Assembly (NCBI RefSeq): GCF_009914755.1 | Contig: NC_060938.1 | Source: the human T2T-CHM13v2.0 reference genome, Homo sapiens | Direction: 5' to 3' (one strand) | Length of the DNA: 64,000 nucleotides | Shown: in pieces, positions 48,012 through 60,716 of the stretch | Position numbering within the stretch: the stretch's first letter is position 1 | Layout: each line of letters opens with the position of its first letter | Position numbers and translations under genes: made by a program | Notes under the pieces: generated by a model | Seen by the model: the letters and a program-made list of their open reading frames with translations, nothing else | Databases searched by the model: none | Told to the model about the DNA's origin: nothing

Positions 48012-49023
48012 TTACAATTTGGCATGATTTTGCAGTGGCTGGTACTGGTTGTTTCTTTCCATGTTTAGTGCTTCCTTCAGGAGCTCTTTTAGGGCAGGCC
48101 TGGTGGTGACAAAATCTCTCAGCATTTGCTTGTCTGTAAAGTATTTTATTTCTCCTTCACTTATGAAGCTTAGTTTGGCTGGATATGAAATTCTGGGTTG
48201 AAAATTCTTTTCTTTAAAAATGTTGAATATTGGCCCACACTCTCTTCTGGCTTGTAGAGTTTCTGCCAAGAGATCTGCTGTTAGGCTGATGGGCTTCCCT
48301 TTGAGGGTAACTCCACCTTTCTCTCTGGCTGCCCTTAACATTTTTTCCTTCATTTCAACTTTGGTGAATCTGACAATTATGTGTCTTGGAGTTGCTCTTC
48401 TCGAGGAGTATCTTTGTGGCATTCTCTGTATTTTCTGAATCTGAATGTTGGCCTGCCTTGCTAGATTGGGGAAGTTCTCCTGGATAATATCCTGCAGAGT
48501 GTTTTCCAACTTGGTTCCATTCTCCACATCACTTTCAGGTACACCAATCAGACATAGATATGGTCTTTTTACATAGTCCCATATTTCTTGGAGTCTTTGT
48601 TCATTTCTTTTTATTTTTTCTCTAAACTTCCCTTCTCACTTTATTTCATTCATTTCATCTTCCATCACTGATACCCTTTCTTCCAGTTGATCGCATCGGC
48701 TCCTGAGGCTTCTGCATTCTTCACGTAGTTCTGGAGCCTTGGCTTTCAGCTCCATCAGCTCCTTTAAGCACTTCTCTATGTTGGTTATTCTAGTTATACA
48801 TTCGTCTAAATTTTTTCAAAGTTTTTAACTTCTTTACCTTTGGTTTGAATTTCCTCCTGTAACTTGGAGTAATTTGATCGTCTGAAGCCTTCTTCTCTCA
48901 GCTCGTCAAAGTCATTCTCCATCCAGCTTTGTTCCATTGCTTGTGAGGAACTGCATTCCTTTGGAGGAGGAGAGGCACTCTGCTTTTTAGAGTTTCTAGT
49001 TTCTCTGCTCTGTTTTTTCCCAT
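48012..49023 (-). pseudogene. ORF1: L1 ORF1 (RNA-binding chaperone), disrupted
   Basis: C-terminal 171 aa open (ENGTKLENTLQDIIQENFPNLARQ...YPAKLS...QNHAKL*). ATG at 49021-49023 lacks one G of ATGGGGAAAAAA, giving an immediate frameshift. Confidence 0.94.
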
Positions 49024-49152
49024 CTTTGTGGTTTTATCTACTTTTTGTTTTTGATGATGGTGATATACAGATGGGTTTTTGGTGTGGATGTCCTTTCTGT
49101 TTGTTAGTTTTCCTTCTAACAGACAGGACCCTCAGCTGCAGGTCTGTTGGAG

Positions 49153-49280
49153 TTTGCTAGAGGTCCACTCCAGATCCTGTTTGCCTGGGTGTCAGCAGCG
49201 GTGACTGCAGAACAGCGGATTTTCATGAACCACAAGCGCTGCTGTCTGATCTTTGCTCTGGAAATTTTGTCTCAGAGGAG
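49153..49280 (-). promoter_or_regulatory. Retained ~129-bp 5'UTR segment (ZNF93-binding region lost in late L1PA3, L1PA2, L1HS)
   Basis: 128 bp between GGTCTGTTGGAG and TACACGGCAGTGTGAGG, which are adjacent in L1HS; flanked by direct GGAGT repeats. Confidence 0.85.
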
Positions 49281-49605
49281 TACACGGCAGTGTGAGGTGT
49301 CAGTCTGACCCTACTGGGGGGTGTCTCCCACTTAGGCTGCTCGGGGTTCAGGGGTCAGGTACCCAATTGAGGAGGCAGTCTGCCCATTCTCAGATCTCCA
49401 GCTGTGTACTGGGAGAACCACTGCTCTCTTCAAAGCTGTCAGACAGGGACATTTAAGTCTGCAGAGGTTACTGCTATCTTTTTGTTTGTCTGTGCCCTGC
49501 CCCCAGAGGTGGAGCCTACAGAGGCAGGCAGGCCACCGAAAGCTGTGGTGGGCTACACCTACTTCGAGTTTCCAGCAGCTTTGTTTACCTAAGCAATCCT
49601 GGGCA

Positions 49606-49820
49606 ATGGGGGTGCCCCACCCCCAGCCTCACTGCCACCTTGTAGTTTGATCACAGACTGCTGTGCTAGCAATCAGTGAGACACCGTGGACATAGGACGC
49701 TCCAAGCAAGATGTGGGATATAATCTCCTGGTGCGCCATTTTTTAAGCCCGTTGAAAAAGTACAGTATTAGTGTGGGAGTGACCAGATTTCCCAGGTGCA
49801 ATCTGTCGCCCCTTTATTTG
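49606..49820 (+). pseudogene. ORF0: L1 antisense ORF0 remnant
   Basis: GGCAATGG start context at 49606, then a 1-nt deletion and CGA>TGA. Downstream peptide DVGYNLLVRHFLSPLKKYSISVGVTRFPRC resembles the ORF0 C-half; end approximate. Confidence 0.75.
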
Positions 49821-50036
49821 ACTAGGAAAGGGAACTCCCTAACCACTTGCACTTCCCAAGTGAGGAAATGCCTCGCTCTGCTTCTGCCCACACATGGTAC
49901 GCTGCACCCACTATCCTGCACCCACTGTCTGGCACTTCCTAATGAGATGAACCAGGTATCTCAGATGGAAATGAAGAAATCTCCCAACTTCTGTGTCACT
50001 CAGGCTGGGAGCTGTAGAACCGAGCTGTTCCTATTT

Positions 50037-50046
50037 GGCCATCTTG
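50037..50046 (-). promoter_or_regulatory. YY1 site of the L1 promoter (CAAGATGGCC), intact
   Basis: GGCCATCTTG on the + strand at the element 5' end. Confidence 0.85.
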
Positions 50047-50070
50047 ACTGCCACCTCATTTGCCAGTTGG

Positions 50071-53000
50071 CTTCTGTGTAGTTTTTATGTGAAAATATTT
50101 CCCTTTCCACCATAGTCCACAAAGGGCTCCAAACATCCACTTGTAGATACTACAAAAAGAGTGTTTCCAAACTGCTCAATCAAAAGAAAGGTTCAACTCT
50201 GTGAGATGAAGGCACACATCACAAAGAATTTCCTCAGAAATCTTTTTTGTAGTTTTTATGTGAAGGTATGTCCTTTTCCACCATAGGTGGCAAAGGGCTC
50301 CAAATATCCTCTTGCAGATTCTACAAAAAGAGAGATTCAAAACTGCTCAATGAAAAGATAGTTTCAACTCTGTTACTTTAATGCACACTTAACAGAGATG
50401 TTTCTCAGAATGCTTCTTTGTAGTTTTTATGTGAAGATATTTCCATTTCCACCATAGGCCTCAAAGAGCTCCAAATATCCACTTGCAGATTCTACAAAAA
50501 GAAAGTTTTAAAACTGCTGAATGAAAAGAAAGGTTCAACACTGTGATATGAATGCACACATCACACAGAACTTTCTCAGAATGATTCTGTGCAGCTTTAA
50601 TGTGAAGATATTTCCTTTTCCACAATAGGAACCTAAGCGCTCCAAATATCAACTTACAGATTCTACAAAAAGAGTTTTTCAAAACTGCTCAATCAAAAGA
50701 AAGGTTCAACTCTGTGAGATGAATGCACACTTCACAAAGAGGTTTCTCGGAATGCTTCTGTGGAGATTTCATGTGAAGATATTTTCTTTTCAACTATAGG
50801 CCTCAAAGTGCTCCAATTATCCACTTGCAGATTCTACAGAGTGTTTCAAAACTGCTAAACGAAAAGGAAGATTCATCTCTGTGAGATGAATGCACACATC
50901 ACCACGAAGTTTCTCAGAATGCTTCCATGTAGTTTTTAGTTGAAGATATTCCCATTTCCACCATTGGCCACAAATGGCTCCAAATATCCACTTGCAGATT
51001 CTACAAATAGAGAGTTTCAAAACTGTTCAATGAAAAAATAGGTTCAACTCCATGAGTTGAATGCACACATCACAGAGAAGTTTCTCAGAAAGCTTCTGTG
51101 TAGTTTTTATGTGAAGATATTTCTTTTACACAATGGGCCTCAAAGTGCTCCAAATATTCACTTGCAGATACTTCAAAAAGATTGTTTCAAAACTGCTCAA
51201 TCAAAAGAAAGGTTCATCCCTGTGAGATGAATGCACAGATCACAAAGAAGTTTCTCAGAATACTTCTGTTTGTTTTTTATGTGAAGGCATTTCCTTTTCC
51301 ACAATAGGCCACAAAAGGCTAGAAATATCCACTTGCAGATAATAGAAAAAGACAGTTTCAAAATGGCTCAATCAAAAGATAGGTTCGAATCTGTGAGTTG
51401 AATGCACACATCACAAAGGAATTTCTCAGAATACTTCTGTGTAGTTTTCATGTGAAGGCATTTCTTTTTCTACCATAGGCCTCAAAGGGCTCCAAATATA
51501 CAACTGCAGATACTATAAAAAGAGAGTTTCAAAACTGCTCATCAAAAGTTAGATTCACATCAGTGAGTTGAATTCACACATCACAAAGAAGTTTCTCAGA
51601 ATGCTTCTGTGTGGTCTTTAAGTGAAGATATTTTCTTTTCCACAATAGGCCTCAAAGCGTTCCAAATATCCACTTGCAGATTATACAAAAACAGTGTTTC
51701 AATACTGCTCAATCAAAAAAAGGTTCAACTCTGTGAGATGAATGCACACATCACAAAGAATTTTCTCAGAATGCTTCTGTATATTTTTTATGTGAAGATA
51801 TTTCGTTTTCCAAAATAGGCCTCAAAGCCCTCCAAATAGCCACTTGCAGATTCTACAAAGAGAGTGTTTCAAAACTGCTCAAACAAAATAAAAGTTCAAC
51901 TGTGTGAGATAAATGCACACATCAAAAAGAAGTTTCTCAGAATGCTTCTGTGTAGTTTTTATGTAAATATATTTGTGTTCAACTGTTGGCCTCAAAGTGC
52001 TCCAAATATCCACTTGCATATTCTACAATTGGAGTGTTTCAAAACTACTCAATCAAAAGAAAAGTTCAACTCTGTGAGATGAATGCACACATCACAAAGA
52101 AGTTTCTCAGAATGCTTCTGTGTAGTTTTTATGTGAAGATATTTCCTATTCCACTGTAGGCCTCAAAGCGCTCCAAATATCCTCTTGCAGATTCTACAAA
52201 AAGAGTGTTACAAAACTGCTCAATCAAAAGAAAGTTTCAACTCTGTGAGATGAAAGCACACATCACAAAGAATTTTCTCAGAATGCTTCTGTGTAGTTTT
52301 TACGTGAAGATATTTCCTTTTTCAAAACAGGCCTCAAAGCCCTCCAAATATCCACTTGCAAATTCTACAAAAAGTGTGTTTCAAAACTGCTCAATAAAAA
52401 GAAAGGTTCAACTCTGTAAGATGAATACACACATCACAAAGAAGTTTCTCAGAATGCTTCTGTGTAGTTTTTATGTAAATATATTTGCTGTTCAACTGTT
52501 GGCCTCAAAGAGCTCCAAATATCCACTTGCATATTCTACAAATAGAGTGTTTCAAAACTGCTGAATTATAAAATAGGTTCAAACCTGTGAGATGAATGCA
52601 CACATCACAAAGAAGTTTCTCAGAATGCTTCTGTGTAGTTTTTATGTGAAGATATTTCCTTTTCCACAATAGGCCTCAAAAGGCCCCAAATATCCACTTG
52701 CAGATTCTACAAATAGAGTGTTTCATAACTGCTAAATCATAAGATAGTTTCAAATCTGTGAGATAAATGCACACATCACAAATAAGTTTATCAGGATACT
52801 TTTGTGTAGTTTTTATGTTAAGATTTTTCGTTTTCCACAATAGGCCTCAAAGCACTCCAAATATCCACTTGTGGATTCTACAAAAAGATTGTTTCAATAC
52901 TGCTCAATCATAAGACAGGTTCAACTGTGTGAGATGAATGCAGACATCACAAAGAAGTTTCCCAGAATGCTTCTGTGAAGTTTTTATGTGACGATATTTG

Positions 53001-56000
53001 CTTTTCCACAGTAGGCCTCAAAACGCTCCAAATATCCACTTGAAGATTCTACAAAAACAGTGTTTCAAAACTGCTGAATCACAAGATAGGTTCAACTCTG
53101 TGAGTTGAATGAACACATAACAAAGAAGTTCCTCAGAATGCTTCTGGGTAGTTTTTATTTGAAGATATTTCCTTTTCCTCCATAGGCTGCAAAGGGCTCC
53201 AAATGTCTACTTGTGGATCGTACAAAAAGAGGGATTCATAACTGCTCAAAGAAAAGATAGGTTCACCTCTGTGAGTTTAATGCACATATCAAAAAGAAGT
53301 TTCTCAGAATGCTTCTGTGTAGTTTTTATTTGAAGATATTTCCTTTTCCACCTTAGGCCACAAAGGGCTCCAAATATCTGCTTGCAGATTCTACAAAAAG
53401 ATGTTTCAAAACTGCTCAATCAAAAGAAATGTTCAACTCTGTGAGATGAAGGCACACATCTCAAAGAAGTTTCTCAGAATGCCTCTGTGTTGTTTTTATG
53501 TGAAGATATTTTCTTTTTCAGAGTAGGCCTCAATTGCTCCAAATATCCACTTGCAGACGCTACAAAAAGAGGGTTTCCAAACTGCTCAATCAAAAGAAAT
53601 ATTCAACTCTGTGAGAGGAATGCACATATCACAGGGAAGTTTCCCAGAAATCTTCTGTGTAGTTTTTATGTGAAGATATTTCCTTTTCCACAGTAGGCCT
53701 CAAAACGCTCCAAGTATCCACTTACAGATTCTACAAAGAGAGTGTTTCAAAACTGCTCAATCAAATGAAAGGTTCACCTCTGTGAGTTGAAAGAACATAT
53801 CATGAAGAAGTTTCTCTGAATGCTTCTGTGTACCTTTTCTTTGAAGATATTTCCTTTTCATTCATAGGCCAAAAAGGGCACCAAATATCCAGTTGCAGAT
53901 TCTACAAAGAGAGATTAAATACTGCCCAATCAAAAGATAGTTTCAACCATGTGAGTTGAATGCACACATCATGAAGAAGTTTATCAGAATGCCTCAGTGT
54001 AGTTCTTATGTGAAGATATTTGTTCTTCCACAGTAGGCCTCAAAACGCTCCGAATATCCACTTGCAGATACTATGAAAACAACGTTTCAGAATTGCGCAA
54101 TCAAAAGAAAATTTCAACACTGTGAGATGAATGCACACATCACAAATTAGCTTCTCAGAATGCTTCTGTGTAGTTTTGATGTGAAGATATTTCCTTTTCC
54201 ACAATAGGCCTCAAAGCACTCCAAATATCCACTTGCAGATTCTACAAAAACAGCATTTCAAAACTGCTCAATCTAAAGAAAATTTCAACTCTGTGAGATG
54301 AGTTCACACATCACAAAAAAATTTCTCACAATTCCTCCGTGTAGAGTTTATTTAAAGATAATTCCTTTTCCACCATAGGCCGATAAGGGCTCCAAATATC
54401 CGGTTGAAGATTCCACAAAAAGATTCAAAACTGTTCCATTAAGACATTGGTTCAACTCTGTGAGTTGAATGCACACATCACAAAGAAGTTTCTGAGAATT
54501 CTTCTGTGTAGTCTTTATGTGAAGATATTTCCTTCTCCAAAATAAGCCTCAAAACCCTCCAAATATCCACCTGCAGATTCTACAAAAAGAGTGTTTCAAA
54601 TCTGCTCAATCAAAAGAAGTTAAAATCTTTATGATGAATGCACACATCATAAAGAAGTTTCTCAGACTGCCTACGTGTAGTTTTTACATGAAGATATTTC
54701 CTTTTCCACAATAGGCCTCAAAGCGCTCCAAATATCCACTTGCAGATTCTACAATAAGAGTGTTTCAAAACTGCTCTATCAAAAGATAGTTTCAACACTG
54801 TGAGTTGAATGTACACATCACAAAGAAGTTTCTCAGAATGCTTCTGTGTAGTTTTGATGTGAAGATATTTCCTTTTCCAAAATAGACCTCAAAGCCCTCC
54901 AAATATCCACTTTCAGTTTCTACATAAAGAGCGTTACAAAACTGTTCAATCAAAAGGAAAGTTTCAACTATGTGTGATGAATGCACTTGTAACAAAGAAA
55001 TTTCTCAGAAAGATTCTGTGTAGTTTTTATGTGAAAATATTTCCTTTTCCACAATAGACCTAATAGCGCTGCAAATATTCACTCACAGATTCTACAAAAA
55101 GAGTGATTCAAAACTGTTCAATCAAAAGATAGGTTCAACTCTGTGAGTTGAATGCACACATCACAAAAAGTTTCTCAGAATGCTTCTGTGTAGTTGTTAT
55201 GTGAAGATATTTCCTTTTCCACACTAGGCTTCAAAGCTCTCCAAATATCCAGTTGCAGATTCTGCAAAAAGAGAGATTAAAAACTGCTCCATCAAAATAT
55301 AGGTTCGATTCCATGAGTTGAATGCACACATCACAAAGAAGTTTCTCAGAATGCTTCTGTGAAGATTTTTGTGAAGATATTTGCTTTTCCACAGTAGGCC
55401 TCAAAGTGCTCCAAATATCCACTTGAAGATTCTACAAAAACAGTGCTTCAAAACTGCTGAATCATAAGATAGTTTCAACTCTGTGAGTTGAATGCATACA
55501 TAGCAAAGAAGTTCCTCAGAATGCTTCTGGGTAGTTTTTATTTGAAGATATTTCCTTTTTCTCCATAGGCCACAAAGGGCTCCAAATGTCCACTTGCAGA
55601 TCCTACAAAAAGAGGGAATCAAAACTGCTCAATGGAAAGATAGGTTCACCTCTGTGAGTTTAATGCACATATCACAAAGTGGTTTCTCAGAATGCTTCTG
55701 TGTAGTTTTTATGTGAAGATATTTCCTTTTTCACAATAGGCCACATCGGCTCCAAATAAACACTTGCAGATTCTACAAAAAGAGTGTTTCAAAACTGCTC
55801 AATCATAAGATAGGTTCAACAATTTGAGATGAAAGCACACATCACAAAGAAGTTTCTCAGAATGCCTCTGTGTAGTTTTTATGTGAAGATGTTTCCTTTT
55901 CTACCATATGCTTCAAAGTGATCCAAACATTCACTTGTAGATACAACAAAAAGAGTGTTTCCAAACTGCTCAATCAAAAGAAAGGTTCAACTCTGTGAGA

Positions 56001-56960
56001 TGAAGGTACACATGACATAGAAGTTCCTCAGAAATCTTTTTTGTAGTTTTTATATGAAGGTATTTCCTTTTCCACCATAGGCCGAAAAGGGCTCCAAATA
56101 TCCTCTTGCAGATTCTACAAAAAGAGAGATTCAAAACTGCTCAATCAAAAGAAAGTTTCAACTCTGTGAGTTTAATGCACACTTAACAAAGGTGTTTCTC
56201 AGAATGCTTCCGTGTAGTTTTCTGTTTTACAAACAGAAAGTTTCAAAACTGCTGAATAAAAAGAAAGGTTCAACATTGTGAGATGAATGCACACATCACA
56301 CAGATGTTTCTAAGAATGATTCTGTGCAGTTTATATGTAAAGATATTTCCTTTTCCACAATAGGAATCTAAGTGCTCCGAATATCAACTTGCAGATTCTA
56401 CATAAAAAGTTTTTCAAAACTGCTCAATCAAAGGGAAGGTTCAACTCTGTGAGATGAATGCACACATCGCAAAGAGGTTTCTTGGAATGCTTCTGTGTAG
56501 ATTTCATGTGAAGATATTTTCTTTTCAACAATAGGCCTCAAAGCGCTCCAATTATCCGCTTGCAGATTCTACAAACAGAGTGTTTCAAAACTGCTAAATG
56601 AAAAGAAAGATTCATCTCTGTGAGATGAATGTGCACATCACCATGAAGTTTCTCAGAATGCTTCTGTGTAGTTTTTCTGTGAAGATATTTCCTTTTCCAC
56701 AGTAGACCTCAAATCTCTCCAAATATCCACTCACAGATTATGCAAAAAGAGAGATTCAAAACTGCTCAATCAAAAGATAGGTTCGACTCCGTGAGTTGAA
56801 TGCACACAAAACAAAGAAGTTTCTCAGAATGCTGCTGTGTAGCTTTTATGTGAAGATATTTCCTTTTGCACAATAGGCGTCAAATCGATCCAAATTTACA
56901 CTTGCAGATTCTACAAAAAGAGTGTTTCAAAACTGCTCAATCAAAACATAGGTTCAATTC
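50071..56960 (-). repeat. Alpha satellite array, reverse orientation, CTGTGTAG layer
   Basis: ~171-bp monomers continuing in register across the full-length L1. Confidence 0.98.
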
Positions 56961-57224
56961 CTTTTTTTCCATGTTTTCTATTCTTTTTTTTTAATTTCTT
57001 TTCTTTATTATTATACTTTAAGTTTTAGGGTACATGTGCACATTGTGCAGGTTAATTACATACGTATACATGTGCCATGCTGGTGTGCTGCACCCACTAA
57101 CTCGTCATCTAGCATTAGGTATATCTCCCAATGCTACCCCTCCCCCCTCCCCCCACCCCACAACAGTCCCCAGAGTGTGATGTTCCCCTTCCTGTGTCCA
57201 TGTGATCTCATTGTTCAATTCCCA
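56961..57224 (-). mobile_element. LINE-1 (L1PA2-like) 3' fragment, 264 bp
   Basis: 3'UTR plus last ORF2 codons; CCCACTAACTCGTCATCTAGC variant. Perfect 19-bp TSD CAAAACATAGGTTCAATTC at 56942-56960 and 57225-57243. Confidence 0.97.
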
Positions 57225-60200
57225 CAAAACATAGGTTCAATTCTGTGAGCTGAATGCACTCAACACAAACATGTTTCTCAGAATGCTTCTGTGTAATCTT
57301 TATGTGAAGATATTTCCTTTTCTACCATAGGCCACAAAGGGCTCCAAATATCCACTTGCACATTCTACAAAAAGAGTTTTTCAAAACTGCTCAATCAAAA
57401 GAAAGGTTCAACTCTGTGAGATGAATGCACACATCACAAAGAAGCTTATCTGATTGTTTCAGCAGAGATTTATATGAGGATACTTCCTTTTCTACCATTG
57501 GCCACAAAGGGCCCCAAATGTCCACTTGCAGATTCTACAGAAAGAGTGTCTCCAAACTGCTCAATCAAAAGGAAGGTTCATCTGTGTGAGATGAACGCAC
57601 GCATCAGAAAAAAGTTTCACAGAATTCTTCTGTCCAGTTTTCATGTGAAGATATTTGCTTTTCCACCAGAGGCCTCAAAGCCCTCCAAATGTCCACTTGA
57701 AGATTCTACAAAAAGAGTGTTTCCAAATTGCTCCATGAAAAGAAACTTTGAACTCTGTGAGATGAACGCACACATCACAAAGAAGTTTCTCAGAACTCTT
57801 CTGTCTCGTTTTTATGTGAAAGTATTTCTTTTCCCTCTAAAGGCCTCAAGGTGCTCGAAATGTCCACTTGCAGATTCTACAAAAAGAGTATTTCGTTACT
57901 GGTCCATTAAAAGAAAGGTTCAACTCTGGGATATGAATGCACACATCATGAAGAAGTTATTCAGAATGCTTCTATCTAGTTTTTATTGAAGATATTTCCT
58001 TTTCCACCATCGGCCTCAAAGCCCTCCAAATGTGCACTTGCAGATTACACAAAAAGAGAGTTTGAAAACTACTCAATCAAAAGAAAGGTTTAACTCTGGA
58101 ATATGAAGACACACATCACAAAGAAGTTTTTCAGATAGCTTCTGTCTAGATTTTATGTGTAGATATTTCCTTTTCTACCATAGTCTGCAAAACACTCCAA
58201 ATGTCCACTTGCAGATTCTACAAAATGAAGTTTTTCAAAACTCCTCAATCAAAAGAAATGTTCAACTCTTTGAGATGAATGCACACATCAAAAAGAAGTT
58301 TCTCAGAATACCTCTGTCTAGTTTTTATGTGAGAATACTTCCTTTTCCAACATAGAACTCAAAGCGCTCCAAATGGCCACTTGCAGGTTCTACAAAAAGA
58401 GAGTTTCCAAACTGCTCATTCAAAAGAAAAGTTTAACACTGTCAGATGAATGCCCACTTCACAAAGAAGTTTCTCAGATTGCTTCTGTCTAGACGTTATA
58501 TGAAGATATTTCCCTTTCTACCATAGGCCGCCACACACTCCAAATGTCCCCTGGCAGATTCTACAAAAAGAGTGTTTCCAAACTGCTCAAACCAAAGAAA
58601 GGTTCAACTCTGTGAGATGAATGCATGCTTCACAAGGAAGTTTTTCAGAATTCTTCTGTCTAGCTTTGATGTGAAGATATTTCCTTTTCCACCTTAGTCC
58701 TCAAAGCCCTCAAAATGTCCACTTGCAGAATCTACAAAAAGAGATTTTCCAAACTGCTCAATCAAAAGAAAGGTTCAACTCTGTCAGATGAATGCACACA
58801 TCACAAGGAAGTTTCTCATAATTCTTCTGTCTAGTTTTTATGTGAAGATAATTCCTTTTCCACCATAGGCCTCAAAGTGATCCAAATGTCCACTTGCAGA
58901 TTCTACAAAAAGAGAGTTTCAAAACTGCTCAATCAAAAGAAATGTTTAACTCTATGAGATGAATGCACACATCACAAAGAAGTTTCTCAGGTTGCTTCGG
59001 CAGAGATTTATTTGAAGATACTTCCTTTTCTACCATGGGCGGCAAAGGGCTCCAAATATCCACTTGCAGATTCTACAGAAAGAGTGTCTCCAAACTGCTC
59101 AATCAAAAGGAAGGTTCATCTGTGTGAGATGAACGCACGCATCAGAAAAAAGTTTCACAGAATTCTTCTGTCCAGTTTTCATGTGAAGATATTTGCTTTT
59201 CCACCAGAGGCCTCAAAGCCCTCCAAATGTCCACTTGAAGATTCTACAAAAAGAGTGTTTCCAAATTGCTCCATGAAAAGAAACTTTGAACTCTGTGAGA
59301 TGAACGCACACATCACAAAGAAGTTTCTCAGAACTCTTCTGTCTAGTTTTTATGTGAAGATATTTCCTTTTCCACCATAGGCCTCAAAGCGCTCCAAATA
59401 TCCACTTGCAGATTTTACAAAAGGAGAGTTTCAAAACTCCTCAATCCAAAGAAAGGTTTAACTCTCTTAGATGAAAGCACACATCACAAGGACGTTTGTC
59501 AGGTTGCTTCTGTCTAGATTTTATGTGAAGATATTTCCTTTTCTACCACAGGCCCCAAAGTGCTCCAAATATCCACTTGTAGATTCCACAAAAAGAATGT
59601 TTCCAAGCAGCTCAATCAAAAAAGAGGTTCACTTCTGTGAGATGAATGCACACATCACAGAGAAGTTGCTCAGAATTCTTCTGTCTAGTTTTTATGTGAA
59701 GATATTTCCTTTTCCACCAGAGGCCTTAATGCCCTCCAAATATCGACTTGCGGATTCTACAAAAAGAGAGTTTCAAAACTCCTCAATCAAAAGAAAGGTT
59801 TAACTCTCAGGGGCATGCACAAAACACAAAGTAGTTTCTCTGATTGCTTATGTCTAGATTTTATGTGAAGATAGTCCCTTTTCTACCATAGGTGGCAAAG
59901 CACACCAAATGTCCACTTGCAGATTCTCCAAATAGAGGGTTTACAAATTTCTCTATCAAAAGAAAGGTCCAACTCTGTGAGATGAACGCACACATCACCT
60001 AGAAGTTGCTCAGAATACTTGTGTTTAGTTTTTATGTGAAGATATTTCATTTTCCACCATAGGCCTCAAGGTGCTCGAAATGTCCAACTGCAAATTCTAC
60101 AAAAAGATTATTTCATAACCGGTCCATCAAAAAAAAGGTTCAACTCTGGGAAATGAATGCACACATCACAAAGAAGTTTCTCTGAATGCTTCTATCCAGT

Positions 60201-60716
60201 TTTTATGTGAAGGTATTTCCTTTTACACCATAGGCCTCAAAGTGCTCCAAATGTCCACTTGCAGATTCTACAAAAAGAGAGTTTCAAAACTGCTCAATCA
60301 AAAGAAATGGTTAACTCTGTGAGATGAATGCACACAAGAAAAAGTCGTTTCTCAGATTCCTTCTGTCTAGATTTTTTGTGAAGATATTTCCTTTTCTACC
60401 ATAGGCCACAAAACGCTCCAAATGTCCACTTGCAGGTTCTACAAAAAGAGTGTTTCCAAACTGCTCAATCAAAAGAAAGGTTCAACCCTGCCAGATGAAT
60501 GCACACATCACAAAGAATTCTCTCAGAATTCTTCTGTCTAGTTTTTATGTGAAGATAATTCCTTTTCTTCCATAGGCCTAAAAGCATTCCAAATGTCCAC
60601 TTGCAGATTCTGCAAAAAGAGATTTCCAAAACTGCTCAATCAAAAGGAAGGTTTAAGTCTGTGAGATGAAAGCACACATCACAAAAAGTTTCTCAGATTG
60701 CTTCTGTCTAGATTTT
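57225..60716 (-). repeat. Alpha satellite array, reverse orientation (AAATGTCCAC layer from ~57450)
   Basis: ~171-bp monomers with AAATGTCCACTTG and CTGTCTAG. Confidence 0.98.

Larger units (their letters stand above)
49024..50057 (-). promoter_or_regulatory. L1 5'UTR (internal sense and antisense promoter region), CpG-eroded
   Basis: Recognisable L1PA 5'UTR between the ORF1 ATG and the element 5' end; many CG>TG/CA changes. Confidence 0.9.
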
